This document shows positions 1 to 9,619 of a DNA stretch of 64,000 nucleotides, in pieces; positions within the stretch are counted from its first letter, which is position 1, and every line of letters starts with the position of its first letter. The stretch comes from Anaerolineae bacterium (lineage in GTDB: Bacteria; Chloroflexota; Anaerolineae; UBA1429), in contig JAXGMP010000001.1 in assembly GCA_040768605.1 (NCBI GenBank), positions 1,483,740 to 1,547,739 of the forward strand. The letters run 5' to 3'. The position numbers and the translations under genes were made by a program. The notes beneath the pieces are model-generated. The model saw nothing but the letters and a program-made list of their open reading frames with translations. It searched no databases and had not been told where the DNA came from.

Positions 1-63
1 AGACTAGCTCCGCATCACGCCCGGATCGCTGTACGGCACACGGCCGAACACCAAGCCGCGCTC

Positions 64-92
64 ACCGCGGGGGACATGGCTGTCCCCCGCGG
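64..92 (+). other. Perfect 11-bp inverted repeat (CGCGGGGGACA-N4-TGTCCCCCGCG), probably a stem-loop at the 3' end of the gene cut off by the window start
   Basis: Inverted repeat read directly from the sequence. It lies upstream of the first permease gene and has no U-tract after it. Confidence 0.3.
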
Positions 93-161
93 TGCGTGTG
101 GCCATGCGGGCTATGGCCGCCCCGTGCGGCAGCGCCGGAGCCGCCTGACTGAGGGAAGTGT

Positions 162-1148
162 ATGTTTAACTACATCGTCAGACGCATACTGTTGACCATT
201 CCGACGGTCCTCGTGATCACCGTCGTCACCTTTATCGTCATCCAGCTGCCTGAGGGCGACTATCTCACCAACTACATCTCGCAGCTACAGTCCACGGGTA
301 CGGTGCTTGACGTCTCCGAGATCGAGGCGCTCAGGCAGCGGTACGGGCTGGATGATCCCATATATATCCAGTTCGTCAAGTGGGTGGCGCGGATGACTGA
401 GGGCGACTTTGGCATGTCGTTCCAGTGGAACCGCCCGGTGCGCGACCTGCTTGGCGAGCGCATGCTGCTCACCGTCGCGATGTCCTTGGCCACCCTTCTG
501 TTCACCTGGGCGGTTGCGTTGCCGGTAGGGATCTACTCGGCGACCCACCAGTACTCTTTCCTTGATTACCTGTTCACCTTTCTGGGCTTCTTGGGTCGTG
601 GCATTCCCAGCTTCATGATCGCACTCATCCTTATGTGGATATCCATCTCCCGCTTCGGGGTCAGCGCGGGTGGCTTGTTCTCCGTGGGCTTTCGCGACGC
701 CCCCTGGAGCTGGGCCCGCGTAGTAGATATGCTGAAACACCTCTGGATCCCGATGGTTGTCTTGGGCATCGGCGGAACGGCCAGCCTCATCCGCACCATG
801 CGCGCCAACCTTCTGGACGAGCTCAACAAGCCCTACGTCGAGACAGCCCGCGCCAAGGGCCTCACGGAGGCTCGCATGCTCTGGAAGTACCCTGTGCGCG
901 TAGCCCTGAACCCCTTCGTGAGCACGGTGGGCTGGGAACTTCCCGCGCTCATCTCGGGAGGCACGATCGTGTCGGTCGTGCTCAGCTTGCCCACCGCGGG
1001 GCCTCTCCTGCTGGATGCGTTGCTGGCTCAGGACATGTACCTGGCCGGCGCCTTCCTGCTCTTGCTCAGCGTGCTGACCGTGATCGGCACCCTCTTGTCT
1101 GACATTCTGCTGGCAGCGCTCGATCCGCGGATCAGGTTCGGGGCCTGA
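162..1148 (+). CDS. ABC transporter permease of the DppB/OppB type (peptide/nickel family)
   Basis: 328 aa polytopic membrane protein with the typical Dpp/OppB N-terminal segment (IVRRILLTIPTVLVITVVTFIV). ATG start with SD GAGGGAAG upstream, and an ATGA overlap with the next permease. Confidence 0.9.
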   Translation: MFNYIVRRILLTIPTVLVITVVTFIVIQLPEGDYLTNYISQLQSTGTVLDVSEIEALRQRYGLDDPIYIQFVKWVARMTEGDFGMSFQWNRPVRDLLGERMLLTVAMSLATLLFTWAVALPVGIYSATHQYSFLDYLFTFLGFLGRGIPSFMIALILMWISISRFGVSAGGLFSVGFRDAPWSWARVVDMLKHLWIPMVVLGIGGTASLIRTMRANLLDELNKPYVETARAKGLTEARMLWKYPVRVALNPFVSTVGWELPALISGGTIVSVVLSLPTAGPLLLDALLAQDMYLAGAFLLLLSVLTVIGTLLSDILLAALDPRIRFGA

Positions 1149-2323
1149 TGGAGATAGATAGTATGAGAACTACCGCCTCAGAAGTAGAGCCGACCACTCC
1201 ACGGGAAGACGAGACCCCGCCACACGAGGAGAGCATCTATGTCGCCTCGCAGTGGCAGCTGATGTGGTGGCGGTTCCGCCGCCACAAGGCCGCTCTCGTG
1301 TGCACCGGGATCATCCTGGTGTTGATCGGCGTATCGATCCTGGCCGAGTTCCTTGCTCCCAGCGACCCGCTGACCTACACGGTAGCCTACACCTATGCGC
1401 CGCCACAGGCCGTGCGCTTCTATGACGCGGAGACCGGCTTCTCGTGGCGCCCCTTCGTGTATGGGCTCGAATCAGGTCGCGACCCGCGCACGCTGCGGCC
1501 CACCTACACGATCGACACCACGCGCAAGTATCCCTTGCGCTTCTTTGTGCACGGCACGCCCTACAAGATGCTCGGCATCTGGGAGACGGACCTGCACCTG
1601 TTCGGCCTGGACGACCCCACCGGTGAGGGTACTCTCTTCCTCTGGGGCTCTGATCGCCAGGGGCGCGACGTCCTATCGCGCAGCATCTATGGCACACGCG
1701 TCTCCATGTCCATCGGGCTCATCGGCGTGTTTCTGAGCCTGCTGCTTGGCATCGTGATCGGCGGGTTCTCCGGTTACTATGGCGGGTGGTTTGACGACGC
1801 GGTGCAGCGGGTCATCGAGTTCATACGCTCCATCCCGAGCATCCCTCTGTGGATGGCGCTATCGGCCGCTCTGCCGCCACACTGGCCGACTATCCGCGTG
1901 TACTTTGGCATCACGATCATCCTGTCGCTGGTCGGCTGGACGGGTATGGCCCGCGTCGTGAGGGGCCGTTTCCTGGCTCTGCGCAATGAGGATTTCGTCA
2001 TGGCAGCCAAGCTCTGCGGGGCCAGTGAGATGCGGGTCGTCATGCGGCACATGGTGCCCTCGTTCACCAGCCACATCATCGCCTCGATCACCCTGTCGAT
2101 CCCTGAGATGATCCTCAGCGAGACGGCCCTCTCCTTTCTGGGGATCGGCCTGCGGTCGCCGGTGATCTCCTGGGGCGTCCTGCTGCAGGAAGCGCAGAAC
2201 GTGCAGGCAGTGGTACTGGCGCCGTGGCTTTTCCTGCCCGGCCTTCTCGTGGTGATCACCGTCCTCGCCTACAACTTTATGGGCGACGGCCTGCGCGACG
2301 CCGCCGATCCCTACGTACGCTAG
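1148..2323 (+). CDS. ABC transporter permease of the DppC/OppC type
   Basis: 391 aa with the conserved OppC core (GRDVLSRSIYGTRVSMSIGLIGVFLSLLLG). Its start overlaps the stop of the previous gene (TGATG), indicating translational coupling. Confidence 0.88.
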   Translation: MEIDSMRTTASEVEPTTPREDETPPHEESIYVASQWQLMWWRFRRHKAALVCTGIILVLIGVSILAEFLAPSDPLTYTVAYTYAPPQAVRFYDAETGFSWRPFVYGLESGRDPRTLRPTYTIDTTRKYPLRFFVHGTPYKMLGIWETDLHLFGLDDPTGEGTLFLWGSDRQGRDVLSRSIYGTRVSMSIGLIGVFLSLLLGIVIGGFSGYYGGWFDDAVQRVIEFIRSIPSIPLWMALSAALPPHWPTIRVYFGITIILSLVGWTGMARVVRGRFLALRNEDFVMAAKLCGASEMRVVMRHMVPSFTSHIIASITLSIPEMILSETALSFLGIGLRSPVISWGVLLQEAQNVQAVVLAPWLFLPGLLVVITVLAYNFMGDGLRDAADPYVR

Positions 2324-2386
2324 CCGCTGGACGCTGACGGCGCTTTGGGCCATCGTTCGCATCATCATCCGATAGGAGCAGGGCTC

Positions 2387-3256
2387 GTGACGTCTGATAT
2401 GCCCTTCATACCCGATAGCCACGTCATCTGGGACTTTTGCCCCGGCCTGACCGCCGCGCACACCGTTCCCGCCGGTCGACCCTTCCTGGTTGCGGCTCGG
2501 GATGCCCTCGATGGCCACGTCGTGTGCGGCATGGCCGAGCGCCCGCGCGTCGCCCGGCCCAACCCGGCCACCGGGCCCATCGCCATCGAGGGGGCGAGAC
2601 CCGGCCAGGTGCTCGCGGTAGACGTGCTGGCCATCGACCTCCCCGCGGAGGGCTACCTGACCCGCACGGTCCCGCCGACCTTTCTCCCGCAGCGGGGCGG
2701 GCTGGCCGAGTTCCCCGCCGGCCTCAGGTTCGCCCTGGCCCCCATGATCGGCACCATCGGCGTGGCGCCGGCCGAAGGGAACCACTCCACTCGCGTTCCC
2801 GGGCGCCACGGCGGCAACCTGGACACCCGTGACGTGGCCCCCGGAGCGACTCTCTATCTGCGCGTGTGCCAGGAGGGCGGCCTCCTGGCTCTTGGGGACG
2901 TGCACTCCTTGCAGGCAGACGGCGAGTCGTCGGGGCAAGGGATTGAGACGTCCGCCCGCGTCATGCTCCGCGCGCGCCTCCTGGCCGAGCCGCTGTCCGA
3001 GTGGCCCTACCTGGTGCGCGACGGAGAGCTGATGGTTATCGTCTCAGCCGAGACGCTGGACGCCGCAGCGGCCGACGCCACCGAAGAGATGGCCCGCCTG
3101 CTCGTCGCCCGCAGCACGCTGACCTACGATGAGGCGCGCATGCTCCTCGGCCTGGTGGGGGATGTGCGCGTCAGCCAGATCGTCAACCCGCTCAAGACCG
3201 CGCGCGTGGCCGTGCCCCTGGCCGCGGTGCCCTGGCGCCAGCCGCTGGCGCTATAG
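2387..3256 (+). CDS. Acetamidase/formamidase (FmdA_AmdA) family protein
   Basis: Family-typical N-terminus (PFIPDSHVIWDF...PGLTAAHTVPAG) and overall length. GTG at 2387 sits 10 nt after a GGAG motif; the alternative ATG is at 2399. The ORF-track start at 2345 is TTG and has no RBS. Confidence 0.78.
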   Translation: MTSDMPFIPDSHVIWDFCPGLTAAHTVPAGRPFLVAARDALDGHVVCGMAERPRVARPNPATGPIAIEGARPGQVLAVDVLAIDLPAEGYLTRTVPPTFLPQRGGLAEFPAGLRFALAPMIGTIGVAPAEGNHSTRVPGRHGGNLDTRDVAPGATLYLRVCQEGGLLALGDVHSLQADGESSGQGIETSARVMLRARLLAEPLSEWPYLVRDGELMVIVSAETLDAAAADATEEMARLLVARSTLTYDEARMLLGLVGDVRVSQIVNPLKTARVAVPLAAVPWRQPLAL

Positions 3257-3347
3257 CCGCGCGCAACACACAGAACCTGCCGATGCCCTCCTGGCGCCGG
3301 CAGTCGGCATAGACGAGGTCGTTGGTTTCTACAGTCTGGAGGACAGT

Positions 3348-5270
3348 ATGATCACTCTGATGCGTGAGGACTTTCGCTCTCTCCCCATTGGCAACATCAG
3401 CAAGTGGCCCTACAGCCCTGCTGGCGAGTACCACGTTGTGCCCGAGCCGCCTTCCGGACGCTGGGAAGAGGCCAACATCTCCGGCCGCTGGCGCGACTCT
3501 ACCGGCACCTTCAAGATCATCCCTGAGGGTGGCCGCCGCGTCATGGAGCAGACCTACCTGGACGACCATGAGACGCCGCTCATTGTCACCGGCTCACGCC
3601 TGTGGGACGATTATGTCCTCTCGGCCGATGTCCGCCCGTTGGGCTGGGCACGCCCCATCGGCCTGGTGGTCCGCTACCAGCACAGCCGTCAGTACTACCT
3701 GTTTGCCCTCTACGAGGACCAGGTGGCTTTTATCAAGCGCGACCACACCGAGGAGACCGTCCTGGCGCGCGCGCCGTGGAAGGGCTGCGTCGATCGCTAC
3801 TTCAGGGTTGAGGTTGGCTGCGCAGGAAACCGCCTGAGCGCCTCCATCGAGGGCACCCAGATCCTGACCGCCTTGGACGACACCTTCACCAAGGGCCGCA
3901 TCGGCCTCCTGGCGGAGACCACTGCCCGCTTTGCTGACGTCGAGGTTACTACCGACGAGTCCTCGGCGCGCCGTATTGCCGCCGCCGAGCAGGCCTGGGC
4001 CGACGAGGAGGCCGCCCTACGGGAGGCCAACCCGGAGCCGATCCTGTGGAAGCGCATCTCCACCTCTGGCTTTGGCACCGACCGCAACCTTCGCTTCGGC
4101 GACCTGAACGGCGACGGGCGCCTCGAGATCGTCGTCCCGCAGGCCATCCTGCACGGCCGGCGCGACTCTTTCTCCATGATCAACTGCGTCACCGCGCTGG
4201 ACCTCGACGGCAACGTGCTCTGGCAGGTGGGTGAGCCCACCCTGCAAGAGCCGGAGATGACCAGTGACATCTGCATCCAGGTGTACGACTGGGACGGTGA
4301 TGGCAAGGCCGAGGTGATCTTTACCCAGGACTTCCGCCTAAAGATCCTGGACGGCGCCACCGGCCAGGTCAAGCGCGAGATCCCTACCCCCGTCGACACG
4401 GACCTCCGCCCGGGCGAACCATACGTGCGCACCTTTGGCGACTCGATCTACTTTGCCGACCTCGAGGGCTGCGGCGCGCGCCGCAACCTGATCCTCAAGG
4501 ATCGCTACAAGACCGTCTGGGCCTACGACAACGACCTCAACCTCCTGTGGAGCCATACCCTCAACACCGGCCACTACCCGATCGCCTATGATGTCGACGG
4601 GGACGGCAAGGAGGAGCTCCTCGTCGGCTATACGCTCATCGATCACGACGGCACCATCCTCTGGTCGCTGGACCTCACCGACCATATGGACGGCGCTTTC
4701 ATGGGCCGCTTTACGCCGGACGGGCCCGTGCGTATCTGCATGGGCGCCTCGGACGAGGGTTTTGTCATGGTCGACGTCGAGGGCAACATCCTGGCCCATC
4801 AGCTCCGTGGTCACTGCCAGGGGGCCTCCGTTGCCCGCTTCCTCCCCGATCGTGACGATGTTCAGGTGGCGACCATCACCTTCTGGCACCATCCCGGCAT
4901 CATGACCACCTACGACACCGATGGCAACGTCCTCGCCGAGGTGGAGCCGCTGCAGATCGGCTCGATCCTGCCGCCGGTTGACTGGGCCGGCCACGGGCGT
5001 GCCCTGCTCCTGCACAACACCCATCCTACCACGGGTGGTCTGATGGACATCTTTGGTCGGCGCGCGGTGATGTTCCCAGATGACGGGCACCCCGTCCTCT
5101 GCTCCGAGGCGATCGACATCGACGGGGACGGTCACCAGGAGATCCTCTCCTGGGACTTTCACTCGATCTGGATCTACAAGGCCGACCCTGCTCAAGTCGG
5201 GCCCGGCCGCCAGTATGGCTCGACGCCTATCTATAACAACTCGAACTATCGCGCGCGCTGGCTCTTCTAG
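3348..5270 (+). CDS. FG-GAP-repeat beta-propeller protein with an N-terminal DUF1080 (concanavalin/laminin-G-like) domain, possibly a PL11-like polysaccharide lyase
   Basis: ATG at 3348 is preceded by GGAGG. The N-terminal domain matches the DUF1080/3-keto-disaccharide-hydrolase fold. Several FG-GAP calcium motifs are present (FGDLNGDGRLEIVV, YDWDGDGKAEVIF, YDVDGDGKEELLVG, IDIDGDGHQEIL). The first 73 codons of the ORF-track frame overlap the previous gene and are rejected. Confidence 0.8.
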   Translation: MITLMREDFRSLPIGNISKWPYSPAGEYHVVPEPPSGRWEEANISGRWRDSTGTFKIIPEGGRRVMEQTYLDDHETPLIVTGSRLWDDYVLSADVRPLGWARPIGLVVRYQHSRQYYLFALYEDQVAFIKRDHTEETVLARAPWKGCVDRYFRVEVGCAGNRLSASIEGTQILTALDDTFTKGRIGLLAETTARFADVEVTTDESSARRIAAAEQAWADEEAALREANPEPILWKRISTSGFGTDRNLRFGDLNGDGRLEIVVPQAILHGRRDSFSMINCVTALDLDGNVLWQVGEPTLQEPEMTSDICIQVYDWDGDGKAEVIFTQDFRLKILDGATGQVKREIPTPVDTDLRPGEPYVRTFGDSIYFADLEGCGARRNLILKDRYKTVWAYDNDLNLLWSHTLNTGHYPIAYDVDGDGKEELLVGYTLIDHDGTILWSLDLTDHMDGAFMGRFTPDGPVRICMGASDEGFVMVDVEGNILAHQLRGHCQGASVARFLPDRDDVQVATITFWHHPGIMTTYDTDGNVLAEVEPLQIGSILPPVDWAGHGRALLLHNTHPTTGGLMDIFGRRAVMFPDDGHPVLCSEAIDIDGDGHQEILSWDFHSIWIYKADPAQVGPGRQYGSTPIYNNSNYRARWLF

Positions 5271-5297
5271 CGGCCAGCCGCGCAGGCACGCAGTAAG

Positions 5298-5340
5298 CCC
5301 CGCCCGAAGGCCCGCCGGCCTTTGGGCGGGGTTTGTTCTT
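5298..5340 (+). terminator. Intrinsic terminator: 15-bp stem (CCCCGCCCGAAGGCC / GGCCTTTGGGCGGGG), 4-nt loop, then a TTTGTTCTT U-tract
   Basis: The hairpin and U-tract are seen directly. It sits in the convergent gap between the FG-GAP gene (+) and the glycerate kinase gene (-). Confidence 0.65.
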
Positions 5341-5441
5341 GGGGGGAGGGGCCCTACGCACAGCCGGCGCAGACAGATCGCCGAGCCCTGCCGGCCGCCG
5401 CTGTGGGCGCATGGCACCCGATGAGCAGGCGCGCCAGCCCC

Positions 5442-6806
5442 CTACCAGGCGAACAGGAGCGCCAGGTCGTTGACGTTCGTGTTGGTCGGCCCGGTAACGA
5501 GCAGGTCGTCGAGTGGCTCAAAGAACCGATAGGAGTCGTTCCGCTCCAGGTGGTCCCAAGCGTCCAGGCCTAGAGCACGCGCGCGGGCCATCGTGTCACC
5601 ATCGGCCAGGGCTCCCGAGGCATCGGTGGGCCCGTCCGTCCCGTCGGTGGCCAGGCAGGCCAATGCCACGCCGGGCAGCCCCTCGAGGCGTAGTGCGGCC
5701 ATCAGGGCCATCTCCTGGTTGCGCCCACCAAAGCCCTGGCCCCGCACGGTAACAGTTGTCTCACCGCCCACGACGACGCAGGCCGGAGGTGCCACCGGAG
5801 AGCCCGACTGGTGGATCTCTCGGGCGATCCCCACCAGCACCTTGGCCACCTCCCGCGCCTCGCCCTCCACAAAGGTGGACAGGAGCAGCGTCCGGAACCC
5901 GAGCCTCTCCGCCTCTCGCAGCGCCGCCCGAGCGGCGATATCGTTGGAGGCGACGATGACGTTGTGGGCGCGTTCAAAGAGGGCGTCCCCCGGCTTGGGT
6001 GTTTCCGCGATGGAGCCGGCCCGTCCCGCTGCCAGACGTTCACGGATGCTGGCCGGCGCCGCCACCAGGAGGCCATAGCGCGCCAGTACCTCCTGCGCAT
6101 CGGCATAGGTGGTCGTGTCGGGAACGGTGGGGCCAGAGGCGATCACGTCCAGCGGATTGCCGACGACGTCCGATAGGATCAGCGTTACGACCTGTGCGGG
6201 GTACGCCAGCCGCGCCAGGCCGCCCCCCTTGATCGTCTCGAGGTGCTTGCGCACGGTGTTGATCTCATTGATGGTGGCCCCGGCGCGCAGCAGCGCATCG
6301 GTGAGAGCCTGCATCTCGGCCAGGGTGACCGGCGCCGACGGCAGCGTCATGAGCGCCGACCCTCCGCCCGAGATCAGGCATAGGACCAGATCCTCCGCAC
6401 CCGCCTCGGAGAGCAGAGCGGCGATCCGCTGCGCCCCCTGCCGACCGGGCTCGTCGGGGATGGGGTGCCCCGCCTCACAGAGCTGGACGTGATCTGTGGG
6501 CAGCGTGTACCCGTACTTGACGTTGACGATCCCCGCGGTGATGCGGTCACCGAGCACCGCTTCGACGGCCTGCGCCATCGGTGCGCCCGCCTTGCCCCCG
6601 CCCACGACGATCACATGCCGGAAGGCATCCAGGTCGTAGGCGCGCTCCCCCACCCAGAGCATGTTCTCTTGGCGACGGAGGTGGGCTGCCACCGCCTTGG
6701 CCGGGTCCACCGCATCCAGCGCGGCGTCCATGATGTGTACGATCTGCCGGCGCCGTTCGCCGACCTGTCCGGCGCGCTCGTAAAGCGCGGCCGCAAAGCG
6801 CGTCAT
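5442..6806 (-). CDS. Glycerate kinase of the MOFRL family (glycerate 2-kinase / hydroxypyruvate reductase TtuD-like)
   Basis: 454 aa with the MOFRL-family segments (VVGGGKAG...LISGGGSALM...GGETTVTVRGQGFGGRNQE). ATG start with AGGAGG 9 nt upstream. Confidence 0.9.
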   Translation of the reverse strand: MTRFAAALYERAGQVGERRRQIVHIMDAALDAVDPAKAVAAHLRRQENMLWVGERAYDLDAFRHVIVVGGGKAGAPMAQAVEAVLGDRITAGIVNVKYGYTLPTDHVQLCEAGHPIPDEPGRQGAQRIAALLSEAGAEDLVLCLISGGGSALMTLPSAPVTLAEMQALTDALLRAGATINEINTVRKHLETIKGGGLARLAYPAQVVTLILSDVVGNPLDVIASGPTVPDTTTYADAQEVLARYGLLVAAPASIRERLAAGRAGSIAETPKPGDALFERAHNVIVASNDIAARAALREAERLGFRTLLLSTFVEGEAREVAKVLVGIAREIHQSGSPVAPPACVVVGGETTVTVRGQGFGGRNQEMALMAALRLEGLPGVALACLATDGTDGPTDASGALADGDTMARARALGLDAWDHLERNDSYRFFEPLDDLLVTGPTNTNVNDLALLFAW

Positions 6807-6988
6807 GGCCTGGTCCTCCTATCGGCAAGGCATGCCCCGGGGCAGAGCGCAGCGCTCGGGCGCTCGCTTGGGCGCTCGCTCGGAATCCTGCGCCCCACCG
6901 ATTGTAGGGGGCAGGCCTGCACGTGGTCAACCGCGGCCTGGGCTGCGCCGACAGCTGGTTGGCCTGCGCTGCCCGACCGCGACAAACA

Positions 6989-7021
6989 AGCAGGGGCAAG
7001 GATGTTGGCCCTTGCCCCTGC
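6989..7021 (-). terminator. Stem-loop (AGCAGGGGCAAGG / CCTTGCCCCTGCT) followed on the minus strand by GCUUGUUUGU
   Basis: Hairpin lies just downstream of the minus-strand HTH gene. The U-rich tract appears only on the minus strand. Confidence 0.45.
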
Positions 7022-7044
7022 TCGCGTTGCAGTAGTGAAGAGAT

Positions 7045-7245
7045 CTAGCCGTTGTCGCGCATCAACTCCTCACCCTTGAGGTGGCGCTCCAGCCACGTGT
7101 CCAGGTCCGACCGGCGGAACCGCCAAGTCCTGCCGATCTTGATGGCCGGGACCTTGCCGTCCTGCGCCCAGGAGTAGATGGTCGACTCCTTGAGCTGCAG
7201 GTACTCCGCCACTTGCTTCACGTTCAAAAGTGCTTCCTGACTCAT
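7045..7245 (-). CDS. Excisionase-family helix-turn-helix DNA-binding protein (Xis/AlpA/MerR-like)
   Basis: 66 aa with the motif VKQVAEYLQLKESTIYSWAQDGKVPAIKIGRTWRFRRSDLDTWL. SD AAGGGGGGGA lies upstream of the ATG. Confidence 0.85.
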   Translation of the reverse strand: MSQEALLNVKQVAEYLQLKESTIYSWAQDGKVPAIKIGRTWRFRRSDLDTWLERHLKGEELMRDNG

Positions 7246-7662
7246 CGTTCCCCCCCTTAGTTGCGGCCCGCCCCATATAGGCGGACCGAGAACACACCAC
7301 TAACGATAGTCTCTGATCGGAGTAACCTGGCTCCGGATAAAGATGAATGATGGCTGGCAACGGCCGAGAGAAGAGATATGGGCCCACAATCGCTGACCGC
7401 CTACCAGACCCCCTCTTAATACGAGATTCTATAACAGAATGCGAGTAGAGTCAACGAAGGGCAGTCGGGCAAATGTGGTTTCACAGAAAGGAATGTACCA
7501 GGATGCGGAACAGAGAATCCCGTCAGTAGCGGTCAACACGCAATGATACAGAGGTTGGCTGGCGCACCGCGCTGCCAGGGCTGCACAATCGAGCTCGCGA
7601 GGTCGAGGGCGAGAGGGCCCCCAGGTGAACCGGCGCCACTATTGCCTGCGGGCCCAACATGG

Positions 7663-7710
7663 AAAGCCGCGAGGCAGAGCGCAGGGAAACCCCCGCAGCC
7701 TGCCTCGCGG
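7663..7710 (-). terminator. Stem-loop (CCGCGAGGCAG ... CTGCCTCGCGG) directly downstream of the Gfo/Idh gene
   Basis: 11-bp inverted repeat read from the sequence. The U-tract on the minus strand is weak. Confidence 0.4.
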
Positions 7711-7730
7711 ATGCTACGCATCACCCCGAC

Positions 7731-8807
7731 CTAGAGGCGCACCTCGGTGCCGCTCGCCGCCGACTTGTAGGCAGCCTCGATGATCTGGACTACCAGCGCC
7801 CCATGAGCGGGCTGAATCACCGGCTGGCGGCCAGCGCGAATCGCGTCCACCCAGTCCGGGATCAGTGCCTGGTGGCCGCGCGAGGCCACCTCTTCGAGGG
7901 GCACCGTCGCGCTGGTGAGCTCGCCGTCCTCCTCGCCAAAGTAATGCAGGGGCGTCTCGGCGCCGAACAGGTTGGCGTTCAGCTCCAGGCCGCCCTCGGT
8001 GCCGAAGAGCTGCATCAGCTGGCCCTGGCTGCCGTGGGTCGCCCAGCTGGCCTCCAGCACGAGGGTGCTGCCGTTCTCAAAGCGCACAAACGCGCTGGTG
8101 AGGTCATCGACGTCAAAGCGCGAACCGGCGCCGAAATGGTCCGCCCCCCAGCCGCCCAGCCCCTTGGCCTGCGGGCCAAACTTGGCGTACGTGGCCGCCA
8201 TGACGCTCACCGGCTTCGGGTGGCCCATCAGCCACAGTGCCAGATCCAGCATGTGGCAGCCGATATCCATCATGGCGCCGCCGCCAGCCAGATCCTTGTT
8301 GGTGAACCAGCTGCCATACCCGGGGATGCCGCTGCGTCGCAGGTAAGAGGCCTTGACGTAATAGACGTCGCCGAGGGCCCCCTCCTGGATCATCTCGTGT
8401 GCCTTGACCGTGGCCGGCTGATAGCGCATGTGGTGCCCGATGGTGAGGCTGCGGCCAGCGGTCTCCGCCGTCTGCATCATTCTCTGGGCGTCGGCATACG
8501 TGAGGCACATGGGCTTCTCGCAGATCACGTTGGCCCCGGCGCGCAAGGCATCGATGGCCATCGCCGCGTGGAAGGCGTTTGGGCTGCACACACTGACGAG
8601 GTCCAGTTTCTCGGCCGCCAGCATCTCGCCATAGTCAGCATAGTAGGCCGGGATCTCCATCTCCTCGGCCACTGACTTGGCCCGTTCGAGGTTCACGTCA
8701 CAGATCGCCGCGATCTTGACGCCCTTGGCCTCACGATAGGCGGGAATGTGGCCGCGCACAGCGATCGCGCCGGCGCCGATAAGGCCTGCTCGGAGTGTCT
8801 TGCTCAT
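7731..8807 (-). CDS. Gfo/Idh/MocA-family NAD(P)-dependent oxidoreductase
   Basis: Rossmann N-terminus LRAGLIGAGAIAVRGHIPAY and the conserved EKP motif. SD GGAGGA lies 9 nt upstream of the ATG. Confidence 0.92.
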   Translation of the reverse strand: MSKTLRAGLIGAGAIAVRGHIPAYREAKGVKIAAICDVNLERAKSVAEEMEIPAYYADYGEMLAAEKLDLVSVCSPNAFHAAMAIDALRAGANVICEKPMCLTYADAQRMMQTAETAGRSLTIGHHMRYQPATVKAHEMIQEGALGDVYYVKASYLRRSGIPGYGSWFTNKDLAGGGAMMDIGCHMLDLALWLMGHPKPVSVMAATYAKFGPQAKGLGGWGADHFGAGSRFDVDDLTSAFVRFENGSTLVLEASWATHGSQGQLMQLFGTEGGLELNANLFGAETPLHYFGEEDGELTSATVPLEEVASRGHQALIPDWVDAIRAGRQPVIQPAHGALVVQIIEAAYKSAASGTEVRL

Positions 8808-8920
8808 GGGTCATGGTCCTCCAACTGGTGATGCGTGGCTCGCGCTACTATACGGGCAAGCGCTGTTCTCGTCAAAAGACATCGCTCCGTGCGGTAGACG
8901 GACAAGGCGTTGCACTCGCA

Positions 8921-9619
8921 TCATGTATCATTCGACTCTGCTTCTGGTGATCCAAACCTGTACCCCCGGCCCCGCGCGGTGTGAACATAGTACGGCTTGC
9001 GCGGGTCGTCTTCGATCTTGCGCCGCAGGTAGCTGATATAGAGAGCCACGCGGCGCGCATCGACGTCTTCCTCCTCTCCCCATGCGCCACGGGCCAGGTC
9101 GGCCAGCGCCACCACCCGCCCGCCCGCCCCCACCAACACCCCCAGGAGGCGGTGCTCGATGCGCGACAGGTGCACCCGCTCGCCACGCTTTTCGACTCGC
9201 TGTGACGGCAGGTCCACCAGCAACACACCGTCGTCAAAATGCAGTGGAGAGGTCTCGCGGCGCGCCCTGCGCCGCAGCTGCACTCGAGCGCGGGCCAGAA
9301 GCTCCTGGATGCGGAACGGCTTGACCAGGTAATCATCGGCCCCGGCGTACAGTCCCTGGACAATGTCCTGTTCCTGCCCCAGCGCTGAGAGGATAATGAT
9401 CGGCACCTGGCTCACCGCGCGCAACCGGGCACACGCCTCGCGCCCGTCCATGTCGGGCAGGCGAACGTCCAGCAGGATCAGGTCGGGCGCATGCTCATGG
9501 GCCATAGCCAGCCCTTCGGCGCCCGTGGCCGCGCAGACGACCTCATAGCCGGCCGCGGCGAGATGCTGACGCAGAATCCTGGCAAAGCTCTCCTCATCGT
9601 CGATGACCAGGATAGCCAT
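8921..9619 (-). CDS. OmpR/PhoB-family response regulator (REC domain plus winged-helix domain)
   Basis: The REC domain is recognisable (VIDDEESFARIL, D at LLDVRLPDMDG, K at LVKPF), as is the C-terminal YRFGS winged helix. SD AAGGAAGGA is present. No histidine kinase is adjacent. Confidence 0.92.
   Translation of the reverse strand: MAILVIDDEESFARILRQHLAAAGYEVVCAATGAEGLAMAHEHAPDLILLDVRLPDMDGREACARLRAVSQVPIIILSALGQEQDIVQGLYAGADDYLVKPFRIQELLARARVQLRRRARRETSPLHFDDGVLLVDLPSQRVEKRGERVHLSRIEHRLLGVLVGAGGRVVALADLARGAWGEEEDVDARRVALYISYLRRKIEDDPRKPYYVHTARGRGYRFGSPEAESNDT

Noticed and set aside
1859-2938. 359-aa minus-strand ORF antisense to the OppC-like and acetamidase genes
   Set aside because: Gly/Arg/Pro/Ala-rich with no RBS; a typical shadow ORF of high-GC DNA lying opposite two well-supported genes.
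4338-5417. 359-aa minus-strand ORF antisense to the FG-GAP protein gene
   Set aside because: Low-complexity, Arg-rich and antisense to a gene with clear domain signatures.
6851-6885. Direct repeat GGGCGCTCGCTTGGGCGCTCGCTCGG upstream of the glycerate kinase gene
   Set aside because: Only two short copies, with no spacer structure. It is likely a simple sequence duplication or a weak regulatory direct repeat; not a CRISPR or mobile element.
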